A stretch of DNA of 64,000 nt from a virus (taxonomy: Duplodnaviria; Heunggongvirae; Uroviricota; Caudoviricetes): the IMG/VR virus record IMGVR_UViG_2711768056_000005. One strand, given 5' to 3'. Both the position numbers and the translations under genes were made by a program. Positions 9,622-19,250 of this stretch are shown piece by piece. The stretch's first letter is position 1. Every line of letters starts with the position of its first letter. Below the pieces are notes generated by a model. That model was not told the origin of the DNA and searched no databases. It saw only the letters and a list, made by a program, of their open reading frames with translations.

Positions 9622-9669
9622 TATAAATTTTCTCTCGGTGTCGTAGGTGATAGCACCATAATTGATAAT

Positions 9670-9903
9670 TTAGTGAGTTAGCAGTTCCATTTTTTTGATG
9701 ATTTCCGCATGAGCATCATCGTTATCAACACTTAGCTCGTTTAATGCTTCTCGCACTACATCAACTTCTTCAGGCTGAAAGAAGTCGTCGCGGTAATCAC
9801 CAAATAGAACCGAAACCAGCCTGCCACCAGCAACATCAAGATTGGCGCTAACAGGTGGCTCTTTGCCATCCTCAAATTCGACTACAAAAGTTAATTTTCC
9901 CAT
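9670..9903 (-). CDS. Hypothetical acidic protein (77 aa)
   Basis: ORF with RBS in the coupled block. Confidence 0.45.
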   Translation of the reverse strand: MGKLTFVVEFEDGKEPPVSANLDVAGGRLVSVLFGDYRDDFFQPEEVDVVREALNELSVDNDDAHAEIIKKMELLTH

Positions 9904-9979
9904 CGTTACCCCCAGAAGATAAAAATAGCGGCAATCGCCATAGCTACGCCTACAATCGCAAATGCTTCAGGCCAGCTTA

Positions 9980-10240
9980 TTACCTCACCTCCAGTCTCCA
10001 TACCGCCTGACCAATCCGGCTGGCATGTGTATCTTTGGATACTGTTCCATCTTTAGCCAGCTCCATAAGAATTTTGCGCAAATCTGCCGAACGCCATTCT
10101 TCATCAGGAAATTCCTTCTCCATTGCCAACCGCAGATTCCAGGTTGCTATCGTGAATGGATATTCCCCGCCGAGAGCTTTCTCTTGCAGGGCAGCACGGG
10201 AACGTATCACCTGCAAAACCTTCTCTTTTACATCCATCAT
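9980..10240 (-). CDS. Hypothetical protein (86 aa from internal ATG)
   Basis: ATG at 10240 preceded by GGAGG; begins 3 nt after the stop of the upstream gene. Confidence 0.45.
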   Translation of the reverse strand: MMDVKEKVLQVIRSRAALQEKALGGEYPFTIATWNLRLAMEKEFPDEEWRSADLRKILMELAKDGTVSKDTHASRIGQAVWRLEVR

Positions 10241-10935
10241 TTTGCCTCCTGCGGCGGTTCTGGTAGCGGCATCCAGTGTGATGGTATCCACGACGCACCA
10301 GGTATTACCCACCCATCATTAGCGTCAGGATGCCCCGGGATGTAAGTCGCCCATTTCATTCGCCAGTCACCTTTCCTGTCAAACTCCCTGGCAACAAGAA
10401 CGGCTGTTTTGGTATCCGGCATTCGCTCACTACAGCTTATCCAACTATCCGGAATTACCGGATAGTTGCCCGACAGCTTGTTCAACTTGTAAGTCTGGCT
10501 TACAGGTTTGGCACCATGAAGCATGGCGTCGCTCCGCTCTATGCCATCCAGCGCGATTCGCAGTGCCTGAATTGTGGTAGAGCTATCGTTTGGGGCTATT
10601 CCATATCGCTCGAATACAGCTAAATGGTTGCGCATAATCTCAGGCGTAAGCTCTTTGTAAGCATAAGCAAGAGGCTCTGATGCATTATCCGGCACAACCG
10701 ACGCAAGCGCGGCAGCATAAACAGGAATAACGTCCACTTGCTCTTTATTGCTTTCATCCGTTAAAGCCCAGAATAATTTCCCGGCCGGATGTTTGAAAAT
10801 ATAAGCAATTGGTTCTGCTTCCAGCGATGCCAGTGCAATTTCATACGACCGTCGCTCAATATTGTCTCGCACGTCCAGGCTGCTGATACGCTCTTTGATT
10901 TCTTTAATCAGTTCTTTGTCGGTTAAAGTGGTCAT
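10237..10935 (-). CDS. Hypothetical protein (232 aa) with a DUF551-like C-terminus
   Basis: C-terminal ...WVIPGASWIPSHWMPLPEPP resembles the conserved WMPLPEPP end of the phage DUF551 family. Confidence 0.5.
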   Translation of the reverse strand: MTTLTDKELIKEIKERISSLDVRDNIERRSYEIALASLEAEPIAYIFKHPAGKLFWALTDESNKEQVDVIPVYAAALASVVPDNASEPLAYAYKELTPEIMRNHLAVFERYGIAPNDSSTTIQALRIALDGIERSDAMLHGAKPVSQTYKLNKLSGNYPVIPDSWISCSERMPDTKTAVLVAREFDRKGDWRMKWATYIPGHPDANDGWVIPGASWIPSHWMPLPEPPQEAK

Positions 10936-10945
10936 AAATTATGCC

Positions 10946-11182
10946 TCAGTTGTATCCGATTGGATTAACCGCAACAAGAACGCCATCCGCGAACAAATCT
11001 TTAATGAGGTGTTCGCTCGGCTCGCCTTTTTCGTACTCTTCAATAAGGTAAGTGTCTCCATCTTCATTGATATAAACAGGAAGGATGGAGCCGTTGATAA
11101 AGTAGGTTCCGTTGTTATCGAGGATTTTTGCCTCGGCGATTTGTTTTTTGGTAAAACGCTCTTCTTTTGTCAAAGTTGCCAT
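10946..11182 (-). CDS. Hypothetical protein (78 aa from internal ATG)
   Basis: ATG at 11182 with RBS AGGAA. Confidence 0.4.
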   Translation of the reverse strand: MATLTKEERFTKKQIAEAKILDNNGTYFINGSILPVYINEDGDTYLIEEYEKGEPSEHLIKDLFADGVLVAVNPIGYN

Positions 11183-11183
11183 A

Positions 11184-11402
11184 TCAGCTTTCCTTATATG
11201 GGTTGATTTTGTTGTGCAATGTGTTGAACGACGCCCATACCACGTCGTTATACAATTCAATAACTGGCTCAATTATTTTCCCGATTCCCCATACCAGAAT
11301 TAACGGGGATATCGGTATCATCAACACGATAAACAGAATGAGAAACAGAAATTCTGTTATTCGGCTTCTTCGCGGATATTCTTTTCTGAATAATGTTGGC
11401 AC
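11184..11402 (-). CDS. Small membrane protein (72 aa, GTG start)
   Basis: GTG at 11402 preceded by AAAGGAGAGTGAT, the same initiation region as at 11625; hydrophobic core FLFLILFIVLMIPISPLILVWGIG. Confidence 0.4.
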   Translation of the reverse strand: MPTLFRKEYPRRSRITEFLFLILFIVLMIPISPLILVWGIGKIIEPVIELYNDVVWASFNTLHNKINPYKES

Positions 11403-11403
11403 A

Positions 11404-11625
11404 TCACTCTCCTTTGCCCGCAGCTTTCGCCTGCTCTTTAGCAAGTCGCTCCGCTTCTCTGAAGTCCCAATCCACTCGATGTGCGATATCAATTGCAGAA
11501 CGCACGGTTCGTTCAATTAGCGTATCCAGGTTATCAATTGTCATTGCCATATCTGGATTTCGAGATAAAATCTCCGCCCTCTGAATCTGCCAGTTGTTAC
11601 AGGTTTCAAGTAATGAGTTAGCCAT
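11404..11625 (-). CDS. Hypothetical protein (73 aa from internal ATG)
   Basis: ATG at 11625 preceded by AAAGGAGAGTGAT. Confidence 0.4.
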   Translation of the reverse strand: MANSLLETCNNWQIQRAEILSRNPDMAMTIDNLDTLIERTVRSAIDIAHRVDWDFREAERLAKEQAKAAGKGE

Positions 11626-11626
11626 A

Positions 11627-11815
11627 TCACTCTCCTTTAGTGCGCAAGTGGTTTTTCCAGCGGTTTTGCGCCGCGCTGGGCTTTTTGCAAAAACCACAAT
11701 CCATCATCCCGTAATATTTCATCAACCCCATCCGTCGGTTGCTGAGTCTCACCCACTGCCAGACGCCAGGAGCGTTTCTACGAACTAACAGAATCTTTGC
11801 TTTACGGTTTTTCAT
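11627..11815 (-). CDS. Small basic protein (62 aa)
   Basis: ATG overlaps the stop of the upstream 58-aa ORF (ATGA). Confidence 0.35.
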   Translation of the reverse strand: MKNRKAKILLVRRNAPGVWQWVRLSNRRMGLMKYYGMMDCGFCKKPSAAQNRWKNHLRTKGE

Positions 11816-11988
11816 CGTTTTGCTCTCCTGCGTCTCTTTGCTGCTCGTCGTGCCGATGCAATACCGGTATGGCGGCGCTTTGGTGCCGGGATGATGTTGT
11901 CAGCCATCAGGACATGTGGCTTTGCAATTAGCGCAGAAGCCCAAAAACGAGTCGGGTACGGTAACAAGCCGAAAAATGCCACACGCAT
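11812..11988 (-). CDS. Possible 58-aa protein with an Arg/Lys-rich tail (not in the track)
   Basis: AGGAGGTGAGTAATG start overlapping the stop of the 295-aa ORF (TAATG); stop overlaps the next ATG. Confidence 0.35.
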   Translation of the reverse strand: MRVAFFGLLPYPTRFWASALIAKPHVLMADNIIPAPKRRHTGIASARRAAKRRRRAKR

Positions 11989-12875
11989 TACTCACCTCCT
12001 TTGATGCGAATGCCAGCAAGCCAGTTTCTTATGCCGATATATTCAGCGTTCCTGAAACCGCTTTTTACATATATAAATGGCAAGCGAAGATTGTGACCAT
12101 TGACTGCCAGGTAGTCTTTACAACCCTGTTCGGTGAAACAGCAGGTAACGAATTCATCAATATCTTTCACAGCAACGCGCCGCCATTTTTCTGGTGGCTC
12201 TCGAAAGTTTTCGTGAAGTAGTTCGAGACGACGACTTTGGCGTTTATTGGCTTCATTGCCATCTTCATCAACCCAGACAATCCGGTCATAGTCATAATCA
12301 GCATCAACAACGATTTCGCGCTTTTGATACACACAAAACATAGGGTCTGACGTTATTCGATTATCCTGTGTTCGAATATTTTCACCGATGATGCCAAACG
12401 AATCTGGTGCAGATTTTGTCTGCAACTCTTCGATGCGTTCAGCCATCGCAGCACACTCTTCAAAGTTGCTTAATGCTTTTCGCTCCCATTCAGCGCATTG
12501 TTTTTCCAGTTCTGCTATGCACTTACTTCCATCCGAGATAACACCTTCGTAATACTCACGCTGCTCGTTGAGTTTTGATTTTGCTTCCTCAAGCTCAACT
12601 CTCAGCTTCCCTACCGTTAGCGCAATATCCTCGTTCTCCTGGTCACGGCGTTTGATGTATTGCTGGTTTCTTTCCCGTTCATCCAGTAGTGCCAGCACGG
12701 TTTCTGGTCCGGCCAGAAATTTGAAGGCGTTGAGCGCATCAATATCCACACCGTAATCTTTAAGTTCCTGTTCACTTAACAAATCATCATCAGCTGGCAA
12801 CATTAACAGGCGTTCCATTGCTGGAATTGCACGTTTCGCCACCTCACGCAATGCCTGGTAATTAATTTCGCTCAC
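11988..12875 (-). CDS. Hypothetical coiled-coil protein (295 aa, GTG start)
   Basis: GTG at 12875 preceded by AAAGGAGG; overlaps the upstream stop as GTGA. Confidence 0.5.
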   Translation of the reverse strand: MSEINYQALREVAKRAIPAMERLLMLPADDDLLSEQELKDYGVDIDALNAFKFLAGPETVLALLDERERNQQYIKRRDQENEDIALTVGKLRVELEEAKSKLNEQREYYEGVISDGSKCIAELEKQCAEWERKALSNFEECAAMAERIEELQTKSAPDSFGIIGENIRTQDNRITSDPMFCVYQKREIVVDADYDYDRIVWVDEDGNEANKRQSRRLELLHENFREPPEKWRRVAVKDIDEFVTCCFTEQGCKDYLAVNGHNLRLPFIYVKSGFRNAEYIGIRNWLAGIRIKGGE

Positions 12876-13111
12876 TGGTTGCCTCCTTTGCGGAGTTGCG
12901 CTGCGATGCACGAAAAAAAAGACTCCCGAGTATGACAGTTAAGAGCTGGTACGAACGCCGCGTTAAGAACGGCGGCATCACAGCCGTCATCAATATAGAG
13001 CGCAATTTTTTTCTCCAGGCGCGCTTTGGCTTCTTGCAACTGCATACCCCGGCACGCACGCGGGATATAATCAGCAATTTGAGCGATAGCTTTTTCGTTC
13101 TGTTTAAACAT
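12872..13111 (-). CDS. Hypothetical protein (79 aa)
   Basis: Coupled ORF in the early block. Confidence 0.4.
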   Translation of the reverse strand: MFKQNEKAIAQIADYIPRACRGMQLQEAKARLEKKIALYIDDGCDAAVLNAAFVPALNCHTRESFFSCIAAQLRKGGNQ

Positions 13112-13307
13112 GCTTCACCTCGATAGGCTTGATGGTGTCTAACAGCAGTCGGCGGCGCGTATTTTCTGCAAAATGGCGGCGTCCAGTTTCTTTGTGGTAA
13201 AACTCGTTTTTGCCAACGACCCACATCCGCTCTGTTTGGTGCAGTTTTTTTACCTTCGGGCCATCTTTGGTGATCACGGTACCGGTATGGGTTTTTACGA
13301 TTGTCAT
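13104..13307 (-). CDS. Hypothetical protein (67 aa)
   Basis: Coupled ORF; 4-nt overlap with the upstream PP-loop gene. Confidence 0.4.
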   Translation of the reverse strand: MTIVKTHTGTVITKDGPKVKKLHQTERMWVVGKNEFYHKETGRRHFAENTRRRLLLDTIKPIEVKHV

Positions 13308-14182
13308 TCCACTACCTCTTCGAATTTCAACTCCAATTGGTCACCCCAGATTTCACATGATTCGGAACACGAACCAGTATCAAACCGCTTGGCCAGCACC
13401 ATCGCCTGATACAAATTTCTGTAGTCACTGTTGGCATACATTCTGGCAATCCCGTCAAGCGTCAGGTGGCCACGGTACATAACGTCTTTACCTGTTCTGC
13501 GATGACCATCCCTGACGTGTTTGCCTGTAACCAGTTCATTAAAAACCCGCATCAGACCAGGTTCGTCTTTACATGCAAGCCCCAGCTTTTGCGTTGACTT
13601 TTTGATGCAAAAAACACAGTTCCCGAGGTGCTCCGGGATTTGCAAATCAAAAGGTTGTTTTCGCCACCACCGGATAACATCCGACTTATCAAAATCTGAC
13701 AGCTCGGCAAGATACCGGACGCCCGGTTTCGGTTTCAGCCTACGGGGTTCGTCCGCACGAATACCTAGCCATGTGATGTAATTCCCTCGCCCAAAATGGT
13801 CATCGCAATATTTCGTGAAAGGGGTGAGTTTTAGCCTGTCAGTACAGAACGCGCCGCCGATGTATGGCGTACCGTACTTTTTAACCATGTCCATAAACGG
13901 TTTAAGCACCGGCATTCGCGTCTGAATATCCTTTGGTTCCCATTCCGTATAACCATTTGGCTGCCCAAGTTCTGGATTTATATCGACCTGCAACACCGTT
14001 AGCGGTACGTTCCAGAACTTCACAACCTCACGAATAAAGCGATACGTCAGAGGATGTTCACAGCCGGTATCCATAAAAATGAAATGGACGCTAGCGCCAG
14101 CTTTTCGCTGTGCTTCCATCAGATGAACGAGATAAGCTGATGTTCGTCCACCTGAAAAGCTGACGACTTGATGCATACTCAC
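13304..14182 (-). CDS. PP-loop ATP pyrophosphatase / PAPS reductase-like protein (292 aa, GTG start)
   Basis: N-terminal VSFSGGRTSAYL is the SGGxDS-type PP-loop motif; size fits the PAPS-reductase/DndC-like family. Confidence 0.6.
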   Translation of the reverse strand: MSMHQVVSFSGGRTSAYLVHLMEAQRKAGASVHFIFMDTGCEHPLTYRFIREVVKFWNVPLTVLQVDINPELGQPNGYTEWEPKDIQTRMPVLKPFMDMVKKYGTPYIGGAFCTDRLKLTPFTKYCDDHFGRGNYITWLGIRADEPRRLKPKPGVRYLAELSDFDKSDVIRWWRKQPFDLQIPEHLGNCVFCIKKSTQKLGLACKDEPGLMRVFNELVTGKHVRDGHRRTGKDVMYRGHLTLDGIARMYANSDYRNLYQAMVLAKRFDTGSCSESCEIWGDQLELKFEEVVE

Positions 14183-14185
14183 GGT

Positions 14186-14914
14186 TTATTCCTGAATGCG
14201 CTTAAACTCGATTACCCACACCCAGGGATTAGCGTTCCAGCTTTCTTCACCATAGATGGATTCCCACAGGCGCTGGAACGCAACCTTGGCCATTGCGAAA
14301 TCCCCCTTGGGAGTAAGGAATGTTCCCGGGTGATCAGGAAGCAAACTTCCAGCAGGCGGAACGCCCTCATCCCTTGCATCGCATTCGCTGATATCGTTCA
14401 ACCGCTCAACGCGCACGTTGGTAATTTCCAACAGGATGCGTGATGCCCATCGCGGCATGTGAATTGATGGACGCCACCCACCATCAAACTTTTCATTCAC
14501 AGTGTGAGGTTTCCAGTCGGCATCATCGGGTATCGACCATAAACCGTAATCACCAGGCTTTTGCTCACAACTGGCCCGATAAATCCTTGCTGCGTTCTTC
14601 TCATCGCCACGACAAAGGTTGTCGTTCCAGTCCACACTGCAACCATCTTCATTGCCTAATATCGCCCATGTTTCACGAACCCAAATTCGATCGCCGACGA
14701 TACCAAAGGGGCAATTGAAAACACTGCTTACACCATCAGCCCCGTACCACTGAAAACCTGCACCAATTTCCCTAACCATCACTGGTGCTTCTGGACCAAC
14801 TTCCGCAGGCTGATTTTTCATTATCCGCCGCGTCTGCGTTTTCCTTCCTTCGAGGATGGCTCGGACCATCTCATCGTTGAAAATCATGCCGCGCTCTTTC
14901 ACTTCGCCTTTCAT
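14186..14914 (-). CDS. Hypothetical protein (242 aa) with N-terminal MVRAILEGRKTQTRR motif
   Basis: ORF directly upstream of the PP-loop gene; the GRKTQTRR motif recurs in phage proteins of unknown function that neighbour PAPS-reductase-like genes. Confidence 0.5.
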   Translation of the reverse strand: MKGEVKERGMIFNDEMVRAILEGRKTQTRRIMKNQPAEVGPEAPVMVREIGAGFQWYGADGVSSVFNCPFGIVGDRIWVRETWAILGNEDGCSVDWNDNLCRGDEKNAARIYRASCEQKPGDYGLWSIPDDADWKPHTVNEKFDGGWRPSIHMPRWASRILLEITNVRVERLNDISECDARDEGVPPAGSLLPDHPGTFLTPKGDFAMAKVAFQRLWESIYGEESWNANPWVWVIEFKRIQE

Positions 14915-14923
14915 GCATCCCCC

Positions 14924-15010
14924 TTACCCATGCGCGACGATGCCGCCAAAAGTGATAGAGAACAGCCAGAAATAGATCGCGGCCATAATGATTTTGAATG
15001 CCGTGTTCAT
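14924..15010 (-). CDS. Possible 28-aa hydrophobic leader peptide (not in the track)
   Basis: CAGGAGCTGAAAAT-ATG; MNTAFKIIMAAIYFWLFSITFGGIVAHG; first ORF after the operator at 15093. Confidence 0.3.
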   Translation of the reverse strand: MNTAFKIIMAAIYFWLFSITFGGIVAHG

Positions 15011-15092
15011 ATTTTCAGCTCCTGTGATTGATTGGATACATGCCGCGCCTTGCGGCATGTTTTTATTTTCACTTTCTCTGTTTTAAAAATCA

Positions 15093-15109
15093 ATATTTAT
15101 TAGAGCAAT
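15093..15109 (-). promoter_or_regulatory. C1 operator match (16/17), overlapping the stop of the HAD phosphatase gene
   Basis: Minus strand reads ATTGCTCTAATAAATAT; identical 17-mer to the site at 34809..34825. Confidence 0.6.
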
Positions 15110-15615
15110 TATTGTTGGTGGAGAAGCGCGTTTTCATACTCCCTGACCATTAACGTAAGTACGCCGTGACTCCTGAAAACACGCGCCACTTCAATCTTAT
15201 CTTCCAGCGCGAACGCGATTTTACTTAGACCAATTTTCTTAAGGAGATCAATCTTTGCTGGGCCGTCATTTCTGTCATCGGTGGCAGGACGCATAGATAG
15301 CAAAGGCTCAGCCCCGTTTGTTACGTACTTCCGCAGCCAGGCTAGTGTTTTATCCCTTGCGATCTCACAGCGCCCGGTTACAAACCAGACCGTGTAAACG
15401 TTAAATAACTGGCGCACCATATCAATAACTGGAGTGATGGGAGTATCGGTGTCACAGGCGAGATTAAACTCGTTCCAGTCCTTTGTTAATGCACCTTTAC
15501 CTGGTGGCGGAAGCAAATGCAGTCTGTCTTCAGTTGCCTCTGATATTGTTCCATCAATATCAACTATGACGATATACGGACGTTCCTGGTGTGCGTGTTT
15601 ATTGAAAATACTCAA
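15109..15615 (-). CDS. HAD-superfamily phosphatase (168 aa); pap-like by position
   Basis: HAD motif I IVIVDIDGTIS near the N-terminus. Confidence 0.65.
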   Translation of the reverse strand: MSIFNKHAHQERPYIVIVDIDGTISEATEDRLHLLPPPGKGALTKDWNEFNLACDTDTPITPVIDMVRQLFNVYTVWFVTGRCEIARDKTLAWLRKYVTNGAEPLLSMRPATDDRNDGPAKIDLLKKIGLSKIAFALEDKIEVARVFRSHGVLTLMVREYENALLHQQ

Positions 15616-15687
15616 ATGCCCTCCTCATTGGACGAAAAAAATGCTGGTGGGCGCACTCCACCAGCATTAAAAGTGACACTGTAACTG

Positions 15688-16950
15688 TCAGCGAACGTAA
15701 ATAGTGCCGCCGTTCTCTTTTTCCCATGCATCGCTACGTGCATAGCAAACATCGAGAAGTCTTCTTGCCGCTGTTTCCTCTAAACCCAATTCGACAACCA
15801 ACTGCTCATGACGGCGGGTAACCACATCAAACAGGGTATGCAGCCCTTTAGCTGCCAGATCATCAATAAATTCCGGTTCGAACGGCAGCTCTGCATCTGC
15901 CAACATAACCTCTTGCGCCCACTCGACACGGCGGACCAGTTCCGGGCGGCGGCTTTCCATCTCTTTACAGATCAATTCATGGAAGAACTCTACCCAACCT
16001 TCCGGCTGGAACTCGCGGAAAATGGCCAGCGGCTGGAAGTTTGGCATCAACCATTCGTTGATTCGGATATCAATGGCATAGCCCATGTCGCAGCAGAACT
16101 GATAAGCAAAGTCCAGCTTAGAAACGATATAAGGACGCTCGTTATTGAACTCTTTAGGCGATGAGATCCCATAAGCCAGGAGGCGCGGGAAGAAGGAGAT
16201 TTGCCCTAACGTCGGATGAAGTTTGCTTGCAGGGAAACGGCGCTCAGTAATGCCATACATTTCCTTCTTGAGCGTCGCAAATTTGGCATTCTCATTAACC
16301 AGCGCGGTAACCTCTGCTTTTTTATTAGCAAATGCCACGCGCGCTTCGCTTGCATCTTTAATAGTTTTTTTGAGCTGTTGGTTAAGGTCGGCGACCTGCT
16401 TACGCAGTTCCTGTCGCTCGCTTTTAGCTTTGTTATAGCGTTTCTCAAGGTTAAAAGGATCAAGTTTCATGATCTCTTTATATTGAGATTTTAGCGTTGA
16501 AATCTGTGAGTTCCGCAGTTCAACCATCGCGGTCATTTCATTGAGTTTTGTTTCCAGCTCAATGCTTATACGTTCGGCATTATCAGCACGCTGGTTGGCG
16601 TCATGCGTCGCATCGTCGATCGCGTCCTGTTGCTGGCGTTTCAAATGTTCAATTTGCAGCTGAAGCTCTTCAATTTCTTTACCCTTCAGACCGAGATCCA
16701 ACTGCATATTTTCAGCTGCATCTACCAGGGAGTTATGGCTATCAGCTTCTGCGTTATAAACATCAATAAGCTGTGCGTGAAGCATCTCCGCTGACTGAAC
16801 CGCATTATCAAAAAAACGTGCTGTGAGGTCATCACAACTAACGCGGCGTTGCGCGGCCCGGATGTTCTGGATAATGGCCGGGATACCGGCATTCAGGACG
16901 TCAGGGATAGATACATTTTCGATTGATTGGTTTTGTGCTGAAGTGATCAT
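15688..16950 (-). CDS. Hypothetical coiled-coil protein (420 aa)
   Basis: Long ORF with a Gln/Glu/Lys-rich central heptad region. Confidence 0.55.
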   Translation of the reverse strand: MITSAQNQSIENVSIPDVLNAGIPAIIQNIRAAQRRVSCDDLTARFFDNAVQSAEMLHAQLIDVYNAEADSHNSLVDAAENMQLDLGLKGKEIEELQLQIEHLKRQQQDAIDDATHDANQRADNAERISIELETKLNEMTAMVELRNSQISTLKSQYKEIMKLDPFNLEKRYNKAKSERQELRKQVADLNQQLKKTIKDASEARVAFANKKAEVTALVNENAKFATLKKEMYGITERRFPASKLHPTLGQISFFPRLLAYGISSPKEFNNERPYIVSKLDFAYQFCCDMGYAIDIRINEWLMPNFQPLAIFREFQPEGWVEFFHELICKEMESRRPELVRRVEWAQEVMLADAELPFEPEFIDDLAAKGLHTLFDVVTRRHEQLVVELGLEETAARRLLDVCYARSDAWEKENGGTIYVR

Positions 16951-16951
16951 T

Positions 16952-17170
16952 TCAAAGTTCCGTATTAGCTTGTGCTTCGGTCATTTTTCCTAAGTATGAA
17001 GGAGGAAGGACTACGCAATTTGTATCCAGTCCCTCACCTATGGCAGCCTGTAAAATTCTGGCTAAGGTGAGTCTCTTGTTGCGATACCTGGTGATGACAT
17101 GCCTGATACCGCCGGTCGGCGTAACAAAGGCGATCAGCCAGTAGTGATATTTCCGTCGGAATGGCCACAT
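16952..17170 (-). CDS. Hypothetical protein (72 aa)
   Basis: ATG 15 nt after the plus-oriented operator at 17185. Confidence 0.4.
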   Translation of the reverse strand: MWPFRRKYHYWLIAFVTPTGGIRHVITRYRNKRLTLARILQAAIGEGLDTNCVVLPPSYLGKMTEAQANTEL

Positions 17171-17184
17171 AGTGCACCTTGTAG

Positions 17185-17201
17185 ATTGCTCTAATAAAAA
17201 A
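17185..17201 (+). promoter_or_regulatory. C1 operator match (14/17), plus-oriented member of an inverted operator pair
   Basis: ATTGCTCTAATAAAAAA; faces the operator at 17234..17250 across the perfect inverted repeat AAACGTGATG-AGTGTAC-ATCACGTTT. Confidence 0.45.
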
Positions 17202-17233
17202 CGTGATGAGTGTACATCACGTTTTAAAAATAT

Positions 17234-17250
17234 GGAATTATTAGAGCAAT
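17234..17250 (-). promoter_or_regulatory. C1 operator match (14/17), minus-oriented member of the inverted pair
   Basis: Minus strand reads ATTGCTCTAATAATTCC; sits 2 nt after the stop of ORF 17252..17953. Confidence 0.45.
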
Positions 17251-17251
17251 A

Positions 17252-17953
17252 TTATTCTGATTCTCGCTCAAAAAATGAGCTGACAAGGGGAAGCCAATCC
17301 TCTGACACTTCGCGAGGTCGCGGTTTGCCGTGGAAAAAGATTATTCGGCAGTCTTTTGGTAATGCCCCATTCCCCCTGGAGTAACGCGCGCTCGCATATT
17401 TTGAACCAGGTTCCACAACATCGGCCTTGTAACTTACAAACCATCCTGGATACAGATCCTGAAATGCTGGTGTATCATCGCCCATAACCTTTCGTAAGAA
17501 CCCCTGGTCACCCCAGCACTCAGTAGTGACACAACGAGAAATCCAACCTTCCGGATCTTGCCAGAATGAACTCCAGATATGCGCTTTAACACTATTTGGT
17601 ATCCACAGGGCACCGCTGCCACGATATTGTGGATGGTAAAAATCCCTAAGCATGGTGAAGCTGGTTGGTGGATGCTCTAGGATTGGGCGTATATCACCGG
17701 CAATAACCGTGTCCAAATCCAGATAGAACAGATCATCGGTTATATCCGGTCGGAACAACTCGATTTTCGCCCACCAGCCACGGCACTTTTGCCACTGGTT
17801 GATCAATGGGATAACTTTGACGCTAGGTACATGTAAACACTTCAGGTCTGTCAGGCAAATAATTTCATAGTCTTTTGGCAGTTGATTAACCAGCCACTGC
17901 ACATCGGAAGCGTTGTAGTCACCACCAGAGCGAAGAACTAAAGCAATCTTCAT
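17252..17953 (-). CDS. Glycosyltransferase-like protein with DxD motif (233 aa)
   Basis: [11 protein letters not shown] resembles the GT-A nucleotide-sugar-binding DxD motif. Confidence 0.45.
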   Translation of the reverse strand: MKIALVLRSGGDYNASDVQWLVNQLPKDYEIICLTDLKCLHVPSVKVIPLINQWQKCRGWWAKIELFRPDITDDLFYLDLDTVIAGDIRPILEHPPTSFTMLRDFYHPQYRGSGALWIPNSVKAHIWSSFWQDPEGWISRCVTTECWGDQGFLRKVMGDDTPAFQDLYPGWFVSYKADVVEPGSKYASARYSRGNGALPKDCRIIFFHGKPRPREVSEDWLPLVSSFFERESE

Positions 17954-18642
17954 GCTGCACCATCACCTTTCACTTTCATCAATGTCAGGTTTCCGCAAAA
18001 TACGGCACCAGTGTCGATATACTGCTGATTCCAGAATGTCTTCGGGCTTTTCACCGGAGTGTGACCAAAGATAAAACGATCTGCGCCCGAAATTTCGCCA
18101 CCAATATCATCCATCGAATCACTGATACGCTCGCGCGCCCAGACAACGTTGAAAAGCGGCACCTCCTTACCGAATTGATATTCATTATCCGGATAGTCGG
18201 CATGGGCTATAACGATAGTTTCTTGCCCGGTGTTCAACTCAATGATATAGGGCAGACGTCTTACCAGCTCCACCAGCGCCCTGGCTAATATTTCCTGATC
18301 AGTGTCCAACATGAAGAACCATTGTCCACCATTCATTAGCCAGTTATTCACGTTGCCATCAGGACTTAACGCATCGAGCATCAACCGCTCATGGTTCCCC
18401 ATCACTGCCCTGAACCAGGGCATCTGCAATAGTTCCAGACATTCGACATTTTCAGTACCGCGATCGATAAGGTCGCCGACCGATATCAGTAAATCCTGCG
18501 CCGGGTCAAAATCCACACGATGGAGTTCGGACATCAGTCTGGTGTAGCAACCATGCAGATCACCAACAACCCAGACATTCCTGTATTTGGTACCGTCGAT
18601 ACGGTGATAAATTGTGGGTGCCATCATGTATTCTTCAGCCAT
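17950..18642 (-). CDS. ppp: Ser/Thr protein phosphatase, lambda-PPase type (230 aa)
   Basis: Metallophosphatase motifs GDLHG, GDLIDRG and GNHE in canonical order and spacing. Confidence 0.85.
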   Translation of the reverse strand: MAEEYMMAPTIYHRIDGTKYRNVWVVGDLHGCYTRLMSELHRVDFDPAQDLLISVGDLIDRGTENVECLELLQMPWFRAVMGNHERLMLDALSPDGNVNNWLMNGGQWFFMLDTDQEILARALVELVRRLPYIIELNTGQETIVIAHADYPDNEYQFGKEVPLFNVVWARERISDSMDDIGGEISGADRFIFGHTPVKSPKTFWNQQYIDTGAVFCGNLTLMKVKGDGAA

Positions 18643-19250
18643 TCTTTAAGAGTCATCTGCGGAATACCTCCCATTTTCCCGCATGAAACAACGTCAATCT
18701 GTTCACGCGCAGACTGGAATAACAAAGGCAGGTGACTTAGATTTTTTGGCGTGCCGCCGGAGTGAACGCGTAGTTCTTGCGTAGCGTCAACGCCCACCAG
18801 AGCTACATGTTTGAATCCGATATGGAAAGCCAGGTTCAGAGCACCATATGCACTATTGCCGCTGGCAATTTCATTCTCATCTTCGCAAAGGCCGAAATGT
18901 CCGGACCAGCGCCATGCCCACCACTCTGGAGAATTCGTATTTTTTGGCTCAGTGCCTCGTTCAGCCACACGACGGAAGCACAGAACGCCGTCTCTGACTT
19001 CACGTTCTTTAACATCGGGTAATGCCATGCAATAACAAACACCACGGCGACGGCGGCCACGACCAACGCGCCGCATATTGTCTGGCGATGGATCAAGTGT
19101 GAAAAAATAAGAAGCGCGGTTAAGCCAGTCGATGGCCCCATTGACCGCTATAATCGGCACTCCGCGCGGCGCAACAAAGTTTGCGGCGCTTGGGCCACTG
19201 CCGACGATAATAACGCGATCACTGCCTCTAAATTTATTCTTGGGAAACAT
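18624..19250 (-). CDS. Rossmann-like protein, paralogue A (208 aa)
   Basis: [10 protein letters not shown]...IIAVNGA...ALVGVD pattern shared with the next ORF; RBS GGAG present. Confidence 0.5.
   Translation of the reverse strand: MFPKNKFRGSDRVIIVGSGPSAANFVAPRGVPIIAVNGAIDWLNRASYFFTLDPSPDNMRRVGRGRRRRGVCYCMALPDVKEREVRDGVLCFRRVAERGTEPKNTNSPEWWAWRWSGHFGLCEDENEIASGNSAYGALNLAFHIGFKHVALVGVDATQELRVHSGGTPKNLSHLPLLFQSAREQIDVVSCGKMGGIPQMTLKEWLKNT

Noticed and set aside
15040-15070. Hairpin ATGCCGCGCCTTGCGGCAT followed by a T-run, as a terminator for the minus-strand operon
   Set aside because: The T-run follows the stem only on the plus strand, where no gene is transcribed; on the minus strand it sits inside the leader of the operator-controlled operon, so it was not annotated as a terminator.
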